Below, in pieces: positions 19,402-28,841 of a stretch of DNA of 64,000 bases (position 1 is the stretch's first letter; each line of letters starts with the position of its first letter). The notes below the pieces were generated by a model. The model saw nothing but the letters and a program-made list of their open reading frames with translations, was not told the origin of the DNA and did not search any database. This DNA is from Gemmatimonadota bacterium (GTDB lineage Bacteria > Gemmatimonadota > Gemmatimonadetes > Longimicrobiales > Gaopeijiaceae), in assembly GCA_039585495.1 (NCBI GenBank), contig JBDGVT010000038.1:1774-65773 (forward strand), read 5' to 3'. A program made the translations under genes and the position numbers.

Positions 19402-20419
19402 CGACGGAGTCTGGGTAACCGTCCTCGCGGGCGGAATCGGCTCGCGGTTCTGGCCGGTGAGTACACCCGAACGCCCGAAACAGCTTCTGCCGCTGGCCAG
19501 TGACCAGCCGCTCATCGTCGACACCGTCGATCGGGCCCGTGCCCTCGCCGACGACGAGAGAATTCGGATTCTGGCCGGGGCGCATCTGGCGCAACCGTTC
19601 GCGACAGCCCTCGACGGATTCCCGGAGTCGAGCTACTGGATCGAACCGCGGGCGCGCGGCACCGCCCCAGTCCTCGCCTGGGCGGCATGGAAGCTGGCGC
19701 AACTCGATCCCGACGCTGTCATGGTGTCCCTCCATGCGGATCACCTCATTCGGCCGCTTGTTGCGTTCCAGGAGTCCGTGGCCACCGCGGTCGAGGTCGC
19801 ACGGCGCATCGGCATCACGCCCGATCGGATCGAGACCGGGTATGGGCACATCGAACTCGGCACTCGACTGGACAATGCCGGGGCGGCAGCCGCCTACCGT
19901 GTCGCCGCCTTCCACGAAAAGCCCGACGCGGATACCGCGAAGGCGTACGTCGAGAACGGCTACCTCTGGAATACCGGAATCTTCGTCTGGAAGGCCTCCG
20001 TTCTTCTGGAGGAGATCGAACGCCACGCCCCTGAGCTTCACGAACACCTCGACCTCATTTCGACGGACGACGCCGCGTTCTTCGACGCTGTCCCTGTCAG
20101 CGTCATCGATCGGGCCGTAATGGAGAGGAGCGATCGTGTAGGCGTTGTGGCCGCGACGTTCGAATGGGACGATGTCGGCAGTTGGGAGGCGCTGTCCCGC
20201 AGTCGGGAAGCCGACGAGTCAGGGAACGTCGTGATCGGATCCGCAATGTCCGTCGATGCTTCGGGCAACGTCGTTTACGCCGAGCACGGCACCGTGATAC
20301 TCTTTGGAGTCGATGACCTCATCGTGGTTCAAACCGGTGACAGCACGATGATCGTACCGAGGGCTCAGGCGGCGGATCTGAAGGCGTACATCGCGAGACT
20401 CGAGCAGGACGGCCAGTGA
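19367..20419 (+). CDS. mannose-1-phosphate guanylyltransferase-like sugar nucleotidyltransferase
   Basis: LAGGIGSRFWPVSTPERPKQLL nucleotide-binding motif. At 350 aa it has no isomerase domain. The only canonical start overlaps the receiver gene by 35 nt. Confidence 0.8.
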   Translation: MPESKRSSAKTDDGVWVTVLAGGIGSRFWPVSTPERPKQLLPLASDQPLIVDTVDRARALADDERIRILAGAHLAQPFATALDGFPESSYWIEPRARGTAPVLAWAAWKLAQLDPDAVMVSLHADHLIRPLVAFQESVATAVEVARRIGITPDRIETGYGHIELGTRLDNAGAAAAYRVAAFHEKPDADTAKAYVENGYLWNTGIFVWKASVLLEEIERHAPELHEHLDLISTDDAAFFDAVPVSVIDRAVMERSDRVGVVAATFEWDDVGSWEALSRSREADESGNVVIGSAMSVDASGNVVYAEHGTVILFGVDDLIVVQTGDSTMIVPRAQAADLKAYIARLEQDGQ

Positions 20420-21633
20420 ACCAGGCGCGCCTCTTTCTCTTCGATGACCGCCGCGCTCGTCGCTGGGCCCCATTTACGCTGACCCGTCCCGCGGGTGAAC
20501 TCCTCTTCGGATGCATGAGCATCCGAAAGCGCGCCGAGAGGGTCCTGGGGCTTACCTGCGAGGGCCACGTGAGCCGCCATGCCCTGGTGGGCTTTGACGA
20601 GCCCGGCGCCGCCCGCGCGATCGACCTGGCGGACGTCGGAGAAGCCGGGACGAGAATCCTGTTGTCGAGCCGAGCGATCATCGAACACCAGGGCCTCGAG
20701 CTCCCTCCTGACGGTGGACGGATCTTCGTCGGGGGAAAACCCGCTGGATGGGTCCTACCCGACGGCGCGCCCGTCCCATCTGAATCGTGGCTGCGCGACC
20801 CGGCCTCGGCCCCCGACGAGGGGACGCGCCTCGAACTCGACGGTTATCTGTTGGGGTATCCGTGGGACCTCATCGCGGCCAACGGGGAGAGGATCGCGTC
20901 AGATGTGGCGCATCTCTGGGAGGACGGCCCGACCCCCGAAGGGGTGTTTCGTCTTGGGGACGCAGCCCTGTCCGTCGCGGAGGGAGCGACCATCGAACCC
21001 GGTGTGCACCTCGATCTGAAAGACGGTCCGATCAGGCTCGAGGCGGGAGTCCGCGTCGAGGGCCCCGCCCGACTGACCGGACCCCTCTTCGTCGGGGCAG
21101 GATCCACGATCTTCGGTGGCACCGTCGGGACCTCGACCATCGGTCCGACATGCCTGGTGCGCGGTGAGGTGGCGCACAGCGTCTTGCTCGGGTTCGTGAA
21201 CAAGGCCCACGACGGGCACCTGGGACACGCGATCCTCGGCCGATGGGTCAACCTCGGGGCGTTCACGACGAACTCCGACCTGAAGAACAACTACCGGCCG
21301 GTACATGTCTGGACGCCCGACGGTGATCGTGACAGCGGGCTTCTCAAGGTCGGCTGCTTCCTCGGCGACCACGTGAAGACCGGTATTGGAACGATGCTCA
21401 ACACCGGCACCGTGATCGGGGCCGGAAGCAACGTGTTCGGCGGCGTGATGCCGCCGACCGTCGTGCCCCCCTTCAGTTGGGGCTCCGGCTCGGATTTCCG
21501 CGATCATCGGCTCGAGAAGTTCCTCGAAACGGCGCATGTAGCCGTCTCCAGGCGAGGCCAGGAGCTGACTCCCGGAGTGGTGGACATCCTTCGTCAGGCC
21601 TGGCAGTCGACGGCCGGACGGCGCGCGGAGTGA
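20416..21633 (+). CDS. GlmU-like putative sugar nucleotidyl/acyl-transferase with left-handed beta-helix
   Basis: 405-aa ORF whose C-terminal half shows hexapeptide-repeat periodicity (GPLFVGAGSTIFGGTVGTSTIGPTCLVRGEVAHSVLLG...). 4-nt overlap with the upstream nucleotidyltransferase. Confidence 0.6.
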   Translation: MNQARLFLFDDRRARRWAPFTLTRPAGELLFGCMSIRKRAERVLGLTCEGHVSRHALVGFDEPGAARAIDLADVGEAGTRILLSSRAIIEHQGLELPPDGGRIFVGGKPAGWVLPDGAPVPSESWLRDPASAPDEGTRLELDGYLLGYPWDLIAANGERIASDVAHLWEDGPTPEGVFRLGDAALSVAEGATIEPGVHLDLKDGPIRLEAGVRVEGPARLTGPLFVGAGSTIFGGTVGTSTIGPTCLVRGEVAHSVLLGFVNKAHDGHLGHAILGRWVNLGAFTTNSDLKNNYRPVHVWTPDGDRDSGLLKVGCFLGDHVKTGIGTMLNTGTVIGAGSNVFGGVMPPTVVPPFSWGSGSDFRDHRLEKFLETAHVAVSRRGQELTPGVVDILRQAWQSTAGRRAE

Positions 21634-21652
21634 CAGCGAGCCCTCCCCTGGC

Positions 21653-22474
21653 ATGAGGGTCGCGGTCCTCGGCAGCGGCAGCGGTGGGAATTCGGTCTTC
21701 GTATGGGCTGGCAACACACGTGTGCTCATCGATGCCGGTTTCAGCGCCCGGGCAGTCGCCGAACGACTGAGCACGCTCGAGGTCGAGCCCGACTCGATCG
21801 ACGGAATCGTCGTCACACACGAGCACGGAGACCACACCGGCGGAATCGGCGTGTACGCCCGGCGGCACGGGACTCCGCTCTATATGACGGCCCGGACGCG
21901 GGCCGCGTGCGAGAAACTGTTCAGAGGGCAGGAGCGGGTGGTCGAGTACGACCCCGCGCGCCCGTTCTCGATCGGCGATCTGAGGGTAGAGCCGTTCCTG
22001 ACGGTACACGACGCCGCCGATCCAGTGGGCGTTGCCCTCGTCGACGAATGCACGGGCCTGAGGCTCGGGCTCGCAACCGATCTCGGCAGACCGACGACGC
22101 ACATTCGACACGCCCTGGCGGGTTGCGACCTGCTGATCCTGGAGGCTAACCACGACGAGGTGATGCTCCACATGAGCCAGTACCCCGCGTCGGTGAAGCG
22201 ACGGATCTCATCGAGTCATGGACATCTGTCGAATCAGGCGGCAGCCCGTCTAGCGACGGAGCTGCTCCACCCCAGGCTCGCAGGAGTGGTCCTCGCCCAC
22301 CTTTCCAAGGAGTGCAACCGGCCCGCGCTCGCTCGGCAGGTCGTCGGAGACGCGCTGGAGAAGGCAGGGTGGACCGGACACCTCGAGGTCGCACTTCAGC
22401 ATCGGCCGACCTCGCTGCTCGACATCGAGGAGCTACGCTTCCGCGCAGGTCCGAGTCAGCTGAGTCTTCTCTGA
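21653..22474 (+). CDS. MBL-fold metallo-hydrolase
   Basis: 273-aa ORF with the HEHGDH metal-binding motif and VLGSGSGGN N-terminus (YycJ/PhnP-like). Confidence 0.85.
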   Translation: MRVAVLGSGSGGNSVFVWAGNTRVLIDAGFSARAVAERLSTLEVEPDSIDGIVVTHEHGDHTGGIGVYARRHGTPLYMTARTRAACEKLFRGQERVVEYDPARPFSIGDLRVEPFLTVHDAADPVGVALVDECTGLRLGLATDLGRPTTHIRHALAGCDLLILEANHDEVMLHMSQYPASVKRRISSSHGHLSNQAAARLATELLHPRLAGVVLAHLSKECNRPALARQVVGDALEKAGWTGHLEVALQHRPTSLLDIEELRFRAGPSQLSLL

Positions 22475-22505
22475 GAGGGGCCTGAAAAAGAAAGGCCGAA
22501 GACAG

Positions 22506-23864
22506 CTAGATCCCGAGGAGCCTCAGGAAATCGTTGGACAATGCCCAAAGCATGATCCCCACGATGATCAGGAACCCGACGTTGCTCCACTTCAGTCGCT
22601 GCTCGACCGAAAGCCCTCGCCCTCCGCGAACGGCCTCGATGGACAGAAAGACCAGGTGGCCCCCATCGAGAACCGGGATAGGCAGGAGGTTCAACACGGC
22701 CAGATTCACGCTGAACAACGCCATGAATCGCAGAAATGTGTCGAGGCCGTCCTGCGCCGCCCGTCCCGAGGCCTCACCGATGGTGACGATACTCCCGAGC
22801 GATCGCGGTGAGACTCCCCCGGTCACGAGGTCGCGCAGGAATCCGACGATGATCCCCGTGACGAAGACCGTTTCCCGGTAGCCCGCCTGGACGGCTTCGG
22901 CGGCTGATACGTCCCGGTACGTCTGGAGGATCGGCGGGCTGATCCCCGCTCGTCCGACGATCCTGGTCGATCCATCGGGACGCTCCTCCTCTTGGGATTC
23001 CAAGGTGAGGACCGTGACAAACTCCGTCCCGTCCCGATCGATCGTGAACTCGATCTGCTGGCCCGGCCGACTGGTGATCTGTTCGCGCAGATCGTACCAG
23101 TTGGACATCGGTTCGCTTCCGACGGCGAGAACGCGATCGCCGATCTCCACTCCCGCGTCTGCCGCGGGCGTCCCAGGCTCCGTGAAGCCGATCTCCGAGT
23201 CGTACCAAACGTTCACGGACGTTATCAACGCCCGACGTTCTGACTCGGTGACGGGGATACGCACGGTGATCGTTCGCGACGGATTCCTGAATTCGATCTC
23301 GACTGGGCCCGGCTCGCCCAGATAGAGGCCGGACTGAACATCGCCCCAGTGTTCCGTTTGGGTTTCGCCAATCCGAACGATCCGACTCCCTACCTCGACG
23401 GTCGCGAACTCCTCGGTTCCCGGCGGAAGCGAGGTGGTCGAAATCATCCCGATTCTTGTCGTAGCGAGTTCCTGAACGCCGTACTGTGCGGCGAGGAACG
23501 TATACAGGCCGAATGCGAACAGCATGTTCATGATGACGCCGGCGGAGATGACGACCGACCGAGCCCAGATGGGCTTCGAATCGAAGTCACGATCGCTCGG
23601 CTCTCGGCGCGGCCCGTCTACCTCACCGCCCTCGATCTTCTCCATGACCTCGTCGTCCATCCCACCCATCTTCACATAACCACCGAGGGGGATCGCACTC
23701 ACGACGTATTCGGTCTCGCCTCGCTGGAATCCGAACACGCGCGGACCGAGCCCGATCGAGAACCGTTGAACCTCTATCCCGACAGCCTTGGCCGCCCAGA
23801 AATGGCCGAGTTCGTGCACGAAGATCAAAACACCGAGCACGATGATCGTTGCCAACACTGTCAT
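22506..23864 (-). CDS. rseP: RIP metalloprotease RseP (site-2 protease)
   Basis: HELGHFWAAK zinc motif, a central PDZ region and C-terminal NLLPIPVLDGGH. Conserved position after dxr. Confidence 0.93.
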   Translation of the reverse strand: MTVLATIIVLGVLIFVHELGHFWAAKAVGIEVQRFSIGLGPRVFGFQRGETEYVVSAIPLGGYVKMGGMDDEVMEKIEGGEVDGPRREPSDRDFDSKPIWARSVVISAGVIMNMLFAFGLYTFLAAQYGVQELATTRIGMISTTSLPPGTEEFATVEVGSRIVRIGETQTEHWGDVQSGLYLGEPGPVEIEFRNPSRTITVRIPVTESERRALITSVNVWYDSEIGFTEPGTPAADAGVEIGDRVLAVGSEPMSNWYDLREQITSRPGQQIEFTIDRDGTEFVTVLTLESQEEERPDGSTRIVGRAGISPPILQTYRDVSAAEAVQAGYRETVFVTGIIVGFLRDLVTGGVSPRSLGSIVTIGEASGRAAQDGLDTFLRFMALFSVNLAVLNLLPIPVLDGGHLVFLSIEAVRGGRGLSVEQRLKWSNVGFLIIVGIMLWALSNDFLRLLGI

Positions 23865-25054
23865 GTAGTCGTCCCCATCCTGGCTCTCTCGAGCCGCTCG
23901 ACGGCATGTGCCGCAGCGAGTCGGGCCGCATCGTCAGCGGCGATCACGTCGTTTATGTCAAGAATGTCCTGCGTGCCCACGGAGTCCATCGCGCCGTGGA
24001 CCACATCTGCGATCTCCGGGAAGCGAATCCTGTCTTCCAGATAGGCTTTCACCGCAATTTCGTTGCCCGCGTTGTACACCGCAGGTGCACAACCGCTCCG
24101 TCGACCTGCCTCGATCCCGAGACCGAACATCGGGAAGGACGCATAATCGATTTCCTCGAAGGTCAACGGCGACGAGCGTACCGGATCGTACGTCCTCAAT
24201 GCAGCATCATCGACGCGATCCGGATAGCTGAGCGCATACATGATCGGGAGCTCCATGGTCGGAAATCCCATCTGGGCCAGAACCGAGCCGTCCACAAACT
24301 CGACGAACGAGTGAATGATCGACTGCGGATGCACGACAGCATCGATCGAGTCGTAGCCCATCCCATAGAGATGGTGGGCCTCGATGACCTCCAGAGCCTT
24401 GTTAGCCAATGTTGCCGAGTCGATGGTGATTTTCGCGCCCATGTCCCAAGTCGGGTGACGAAGAGCCTCCGACGCACTTACGTGCCAGAGGTCGTCGGAG
24501 TTGCGGCCGCGAAACGGGCCACCCGAAGCGGTGAGTACGACGCGCTGTACCGAGGACCGATCGTGGCCCTCGAGGCACTGCAGAATGGCACTGTGTTCCG
24601 AGTCGATCGGGACGACCTCCCCGCCACTCCCCCGAGCCGCATCGAGTACGAGTTCGCCACCCGCCACCAGCGACTCCTTGTTCGCCAACGCCAGGCGATG
24701 ACCGGTGCGGAGCGCGGACAGGGTCGGCCCCAGACCGGCAGCGCCCACGAGTGCATTTACCACCACGTCGACATCCGGACGGGCGGCCACGTCCAACATG
24801 GCCTGTTCTCCGGAACTCCACATGACTCCTTCCCGGTCCTCCGGAAGCGCGACCGATTCGTCTCGTAGCACAGCGGTCACAGGCGAAAAGTGTGAGACCT
24901 GCTCGACGAGTCTCTCGACATTTCGGTTCGCACCGAGTGCCACGACCTGGAAGCGCTCAGGATGACGTCGGACGACCTCCAGCGTGCTCCGGCCGATCGA
25001 TCCGGTCGATCCGAGGACCGCGATCCGGACCGGCCCTTCCTCCAAGCCCCTCAT
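23861..25054 (-). CDS. dxr: 1-deoxy-D-xylulose 5-phosphate reductoisomerase
   Basis: 397-aa ORF with the VLGSTGSIG NADPH motif, in conserved cdsA-dxr-rseP order. Confidence 0.95.
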   Translation of the reverse strand: MRGLEEGPVRIAVLGSTGSIGRSTLEVVRRHPERFQVVALGANRNVERLVEQVSHFSPVTAVLRDESVALPEDREGVMWSSGEQAMLDVAARPDVDVVVNALVGAAGLGPTLSALRTGHRLALANKESLVAGGELVLDAARGSGGEVVPIDSEHSAILQCLEGHDRSSVQRVVLTASGGPFRGRNSDDLWHVSASEALRHPTWDMGAKITIDSATLANKALEVIEAHHLYGMGYDSIDAVVHPQSIIHSFVEFVDGSVLAQMGFPTMELPIMYALSYPDRVDDAALRTYDPVRSSPLTFEEIDYASFPMFGLGIEAGRRSGCAPAVYNAGNEIAVKAYLEDRIRFPEIADVVHGAMDSVGTQDILDINDVIAADDAARLAAAHAVERLERARMGTTT

Positions 25055-25929
25055 AAAGCCACGCTCGCCAAGACGAGCGCCACGAACGCTGTGGGAATCG
25101 TCAAGGTCAAGGAGTCGATCCGATCGAGAACTCCGCCATGGCCGGGGAAGAACGTCCCTGAGTCCTTAACATCCGCCTCCCTCTTGAACAGAGACTCTGC
25201 AAGGTCGCCCACCACTGCGGCGACACCGAGCAGAGCCCCCAGGACCAGAGCCACCCACCAGGGGAGGTCGAGGCCGGGTAGGTATCGGCCCGCTATGAAC
25301 ACCCAGGCCACGCCCGCGAAGGAAGCCCCGAACACCGCCGCCCAAAACCCGACCCAACTCTTATTGGGGCTGATCGAGGGCGCGAGCTTCTTCTTTCCCC
25401 ACGCCGTACCCGCGAAGAAAGCCGCAGCGTCTCCGATCCACGTGGCCGCTAACGGCAACGCAACAACCATCAGCCCCCCCAACGCCGTGCCGCCAGCGCT
25501 GCTCCACCCGAGGTGCGTCGGCAGCGCATGAAGAAGGGGCATGAACGCGAGCGAGAGCCCCACGTAGACAGAACCGAAGAGCGTCACCGATACGTCAGCC
25601 AGGGGACTCCGGGCAGGATGTCGGGCCACCAGAGCGGTCGCAATGCAGATTGCCACCGAGACGCCCAGGACAGCGAGTGCGTAGGGTGCATATGTGGCGA
25701 AGGTCGGCTTAAATCCCGCGAGGAGCACGAGCGCCGCTGCGGTCGCGCATCCGAGGGGTCCGATGGGCGCCACCTCCTTCTTCGCCGCAAGACGGAACAC
25801 CTCGTGGGCCGCCAAACCGGCGAATCCAGCAAGGGGTACCGCGATGAACCACCCACCCATGTATACCAGACCGAGGACGGACGGGATGCCGATTCCGGCT
25901 ACAGCGAATCGTTTCTGGAGCTCACTCAT
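25051..25929 (-). CDS. cdsA: phosphatidate cytidylyltransferase
   Basis: Polytopic membrane ORF with the C-terminal signature SLFKREADVKDSGTFFPGHGGVLDRIDS. Confidence 0.93.
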   Translation of the reverse strand: MSELQKRFAVAGIGIPSVLGLVYMGGWFIAVPLAGFAGLAAHEVFRLAAKKEVAPIGPLGCATAAALVLLAGFKPTFATYAPYALAVLGVSVAICIATALVARHPARSPLADVSVTLFGSVYVGLSLAFMPLLHALPTHLGWSSAGGTALGGLMVVALPLAATWIGDAAAFFAGTAWGKKKLAPSISPNKSWVGFWAAVFGASFAGVAWVFIAGRYLPGLDLPWWVALVLGALLGVAAVVGDLAESLFKREADVKDSGTFFPGHGGVLDRIDSLTLTIPTAFVALVLASVAL

Positions 25930-25965
25930 CCGCGGTGCGTCCGTGCCGCGGCCGACCGATCGGCC

Positions 25966-26709
25966 TCACGACGACTCGACTCGTCCGAAACGACGCTCCC
26001 GGCCCTGGTAATCCAGCACCGCTTCGAAGAGCTCCTCACGGTCGAAGTCAGGCCAAAAGACCGACGAGATGTACAGTTCGGTGTACGCGAGCTGCCAGAG
26101 CATGAAGTTGCTGATTCGGTATTCACCGGAGGTGCGAATCAGAAGGTCAGGACTGGGGAGTCCGCTCGTGAAGAGGGCCCCTTCGAGAACCTCCTCATCC
26201 ACGTCTTTCGCCTGGAGTTCCCCGCTGAGAACCCTCTCCGCGATCATTCGGGAGGCGCGCAAGAGCTCCTCCCTTCCTCCGTAGGAAATCATGAGGTTCA
26301 GACGCAGCGCACGTCCCCCACGCGTCCCCTCCACGATCATCCGAACCGCCTCCCGGGTCGCATCGTCCACTCGATCCAGGTCTCCGAGGACGTGAACCTC
26401 TACGCCCTGCCGTCTGAGCTCATCGCGCTCCTTCCGGGCGTAGATCTGGAGGATCGTCATCAATGCCGACACCTCCTGCGGAGGACGCTTCCAGTTCTCC
26501 GTGGAGAATGCGAACAGAGTCAGAATCTCGATGCCGGCGTCCACCGCACCTTCGATGACCTCCCTGACCGACTTCATCCCTTCGCGGTGACCGAGATGAC
26601 GGGGGAGGCCGCGTTCCCGCGCCCAGCGCCCGTTACCATCCATGATGATGGCTACGTGGGCCGGGAGATCTCCGCTCAAGCGAAGGCGGGCGAGTCGGTC
26701 GGAGGACAT
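25966..26709 (-). CDS. uppS: di-trans,poly-cis-undecaprenyl-diphosphate synthase
   Basis: HVAIIMDGNGRWA and FSTENWKRP motifs. Confidence 0.95.
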   Translation of the reverse strand: MSSDRLARLRLSGDLPAHVAIIMDGNGRWARERGLPRHLGHREGMKSVREVIEGAVDAGIEILTLFAFSTENWKRPPQEVSALMTILQIYARKERDELRRQGVEVHVLGDLDRVDDATREAVRMIVEGTRGGRALRLNLMISYGGREELLRASRMIAERVLSGELQAKDVDEEVLEGALFTSGLPSPDLLIRTSGEYRISNFMLWQLAYTELYISSVFWPDFDREELFEAVLDYQGRERRFGRVESS

Positions 26710-26736
26710 GGGCGAAATCGAAGTGACCGAGCGGGC

Positions 26737-27288
26737 CTAGATGGCCATCACCTCTTCCTCTTTGTGCTTCAGAAGGGCATCAATCTTGTCCTGGTACTCG
26801 TGGGTGACCTTCTCGAGAGAATCTTCCCGACGTCGCCCTTCGTCTTCCCCGATCTCGTGATCCTTGACCAGCGCGTGGATCTCTTCACGAACCGTGCGGC
26901 GAGCGTGACGAATGGACACCCTGCCTTCCTCGGCCATTTTGTGGAGAAGCCTCACATACTCCTTCCTTCGCTCTTCGTTCAGCGGCGGAATCGGGACCCG
27001 AATGACGTTCCCGTCGTTCGACGGGTTCAGTCCGAGATCCGCGCTCATGATCGCTCGCTCGATGTCGGGCATGACCGTCTTGTCGAACGGCTGCACGAGG
27101 AGCATGCTCGACTCGGGCGCGCTGACCGTCGCGACCTGATTCAGGGGCATCTTGGAGCCGTATGCTTCCACGCGAACGGTGTCGAGGAGGGCCGGCGTCG
27201 CCTTTCCAGTGCGAACGCTGGCGAACTCGCGCCGGATAGCGTCCAACGCTTCTTCCATGCGTTGCTTGGCGTCTTCGACGGTCGGCAT
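26737..27288 (-). CDS. frr: ribosome recycling factor
   Basis: 183-aa ORF with typical Frr sequence (FASVRTGKATPALLD, IRHARR) between pyrH and uppS. Confidence 0.95.
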   Translation of the reverse strand: MPTVEDAKQRMEEALDAIRREFASVRTGKATPALLDTVRVEAYGSKMPLNQVATVSAPESSMLLVQPFDKTVMPDIERAIMSADLGLNPSNDGNVIRVPIPPLNEERRKEYVRLLHKMAEEGRVSIRHARRTVREEIHALVKDHEIGEDEGRRREDSLEKVTHEYQDKIDALLKHKEEEVMAI

Positions 27289-27310
27289 CAGATCCTCCTG
27301 GATGAGTGAA

Positions 27311-28057
27311 CTACGATACTAGCGTGCCCACGCGCTCCCCACGAATCGCGGCCGCAACCGCTCCTCGATCGCTGAGGTTGAGCACGATAATCGGAAGTTG
27401 ATTCTCTTTGCAGAGTGATACTGCTGCGGTGTCCATGACCGCGAGTTCGCGAGAGACAACCTCCTGGAAGGAGATGCTCGGAATGAACTCGGCTTCTGGG
27501 TTGGTCACTGGGTCAGACGAGAAGACTCCTCGAACCTTCGTGGCCTTTATGACCACGTCCGACTCCATCTCGATGGCGCGCAGTACGGCCGCAGTGTCCG
27601 TCGAGAAGTACGGGTTGCCCGTACCCGCCGCGAACAGCACGACTCTGCCCTTCTCCATGTGCCGCATCGCTCGGCGGCGAATGTACGGCTCGGCGATCTC
27701 CTCCATCCGAATCGCCGTCATCACACGCGTCTCGACGTCCTTGTGCTCAAGCAGGTCCTGAACCGCCAAGGCGTTGATGATCGTGCCGAGCATACCCATG
27801 TAGTCGGCCTGGACCCGATCCATTCCTTCCTTGGATGCGATCGCACCGCGGACGATGTTGCCTCCGCCGATGACAATCCCGAGTGACACGCCCATTTCGA
27901 CCAGCGAGCGGATCTCGTCCGTGAGTCGGTCGACCACAGACGGCTCGATCCCAAACCCCTGTTCGCCTGCGAGTGCCTCACCGGAAAGCTTGAGGAGTAC
28001 CCGCTGGTAATGAAGCTCGGAACCGTCCAAAACCGTCACCTCGGGCTGTTCGGACAT
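27311..28057 (-). CDS. pyrH: UMP kinase
   Basis: RVLLKLSGEAL and VIGGGNIVRG motifs. ATG 28057 avoids overlap with tsf (the ORF extends to 28129). Confidence 0.95.
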   Translation of the reverse strand: MSEQPEVTVLDGSELHYQRVLLKLSGEALAGEQGFGIEPSVVDRLTDEIRSLVEMGVSLGIVIGGGNIVRGAIASKEGMDRVQADYMGMLGTIINALAVQDLLEHKDVETRVMTAIRMEEIAEPYIRRRAMRHMEKGRVVLFAAGTGNPYFSTDTAAVLRAIEMESDVVIKATKVRGVFSSDPVTNPEAEFIPSISFQEVVSRELAVMDTAAVSLCKENQLPIIVLNLSDRGAVAAAIRGERVGTLVS

Positions 28058-28073
28058 CTGTCCAGAAAGCCTG

Positions 28074-28670
28074 TTAGGCCCGTTCGCCGACCTTGAGGCG
28101 AGCGAAGCGAGCGACCTCGATCTTCTCACCGGTCCGAGACGACACCTCCGTAATGAGCTCGGAAATCGTCTTGTCCGTATCCTTCACGAAGGGTTGCGCA
28201 AGCAGCGTGTTCTCCTTGAAGAACTTCTGCAGCTTGCCCTCGACAATCTTGCCAGCGATGTGCTCGGGCTTGCCCTCTTCCTTCACCTGCTCGAGGTACA
28301 CAGCCTTCTCCCTCTCGACCACCTCGGCCGGGATATCGTCCGGAGACACCGACATCGGGGAGGACGACGCGATATGCATCGCGAGGTCCCGGGCAAGCGC
28401 CTTGAAGTCATCGGTGTTCGCCACGAAGTCCGTCTCGCAGTTCAATTCCACGATGACCGCAGTCTTGTTGTCGAAGTGGATGTAGCTACCGATGACCCCT
28501 TCGTCGGCCGACTTCTCGGCCCGCTTGGCGGCCTTCGCTGCACCCTTGGCCCGCATGAGATCGACGGCCTTGTCGAGATCACCGTCCGTCTCTTCGAGAG
28601 CCCTCTTGCAGTCCATCATGCCCGCGCCAGTCATGTCGCGGAGCTGCTTTACGTCTTTCGCACTGATCAT
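28074..28670 (-). CDS. tsf: elongation factor Ts (short form)
   Basis: N-terminal UBA-like KQLRDMTGAGMMDCKRALEE. 198 aa, as in short Thermus-type EF-Ts. Confidence 0.93.
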   Translation of the reverse strand: MISAKDVKQLRDMTGAGMMDCKRALEETDGDLDKAVDLMRAKGAAKAAKRAEKSADEGVIGSYIHFDNKTAVIVELNCETDFVANTDDFKALARDLAMHIASSSPMSVSPDDIPAEVVEREKAVYLEQVKEEGKPEHIAGKIVEGKLQKFFKENTLLAQPFVKDTDKTISELITEVSSRTGEKIEVARFARLKVGERA

Positions 28671-28841
28671 CGTGTCTTCACTCGTGGTGCCTATTAGTCG
28701 TCATCAATCCCGGCTCGTGCCGGGTCGTGAAAAGAGGCGGCGGGACCGATCGTCGGTCCTGAGCCGCCCCTTCGGACCGCATCTCGCTGCGGCCCGTTCC
28801 CAGCCTTTCTTCCAGGCCGGATGAGGTCGAAGGTCGACCCC

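Noticed and set aside
22475-22505. GGCCT-gaaaaagaa-AGGCC hairpin between the convergent MBL-hydrolase and rseP genes, as a possible bidirectional terminator.
   Set aside because: The stem is 5 bp with a 9-nt loop and has no flanking T or A runs beyond the loop itself. This is too weak to annotate.
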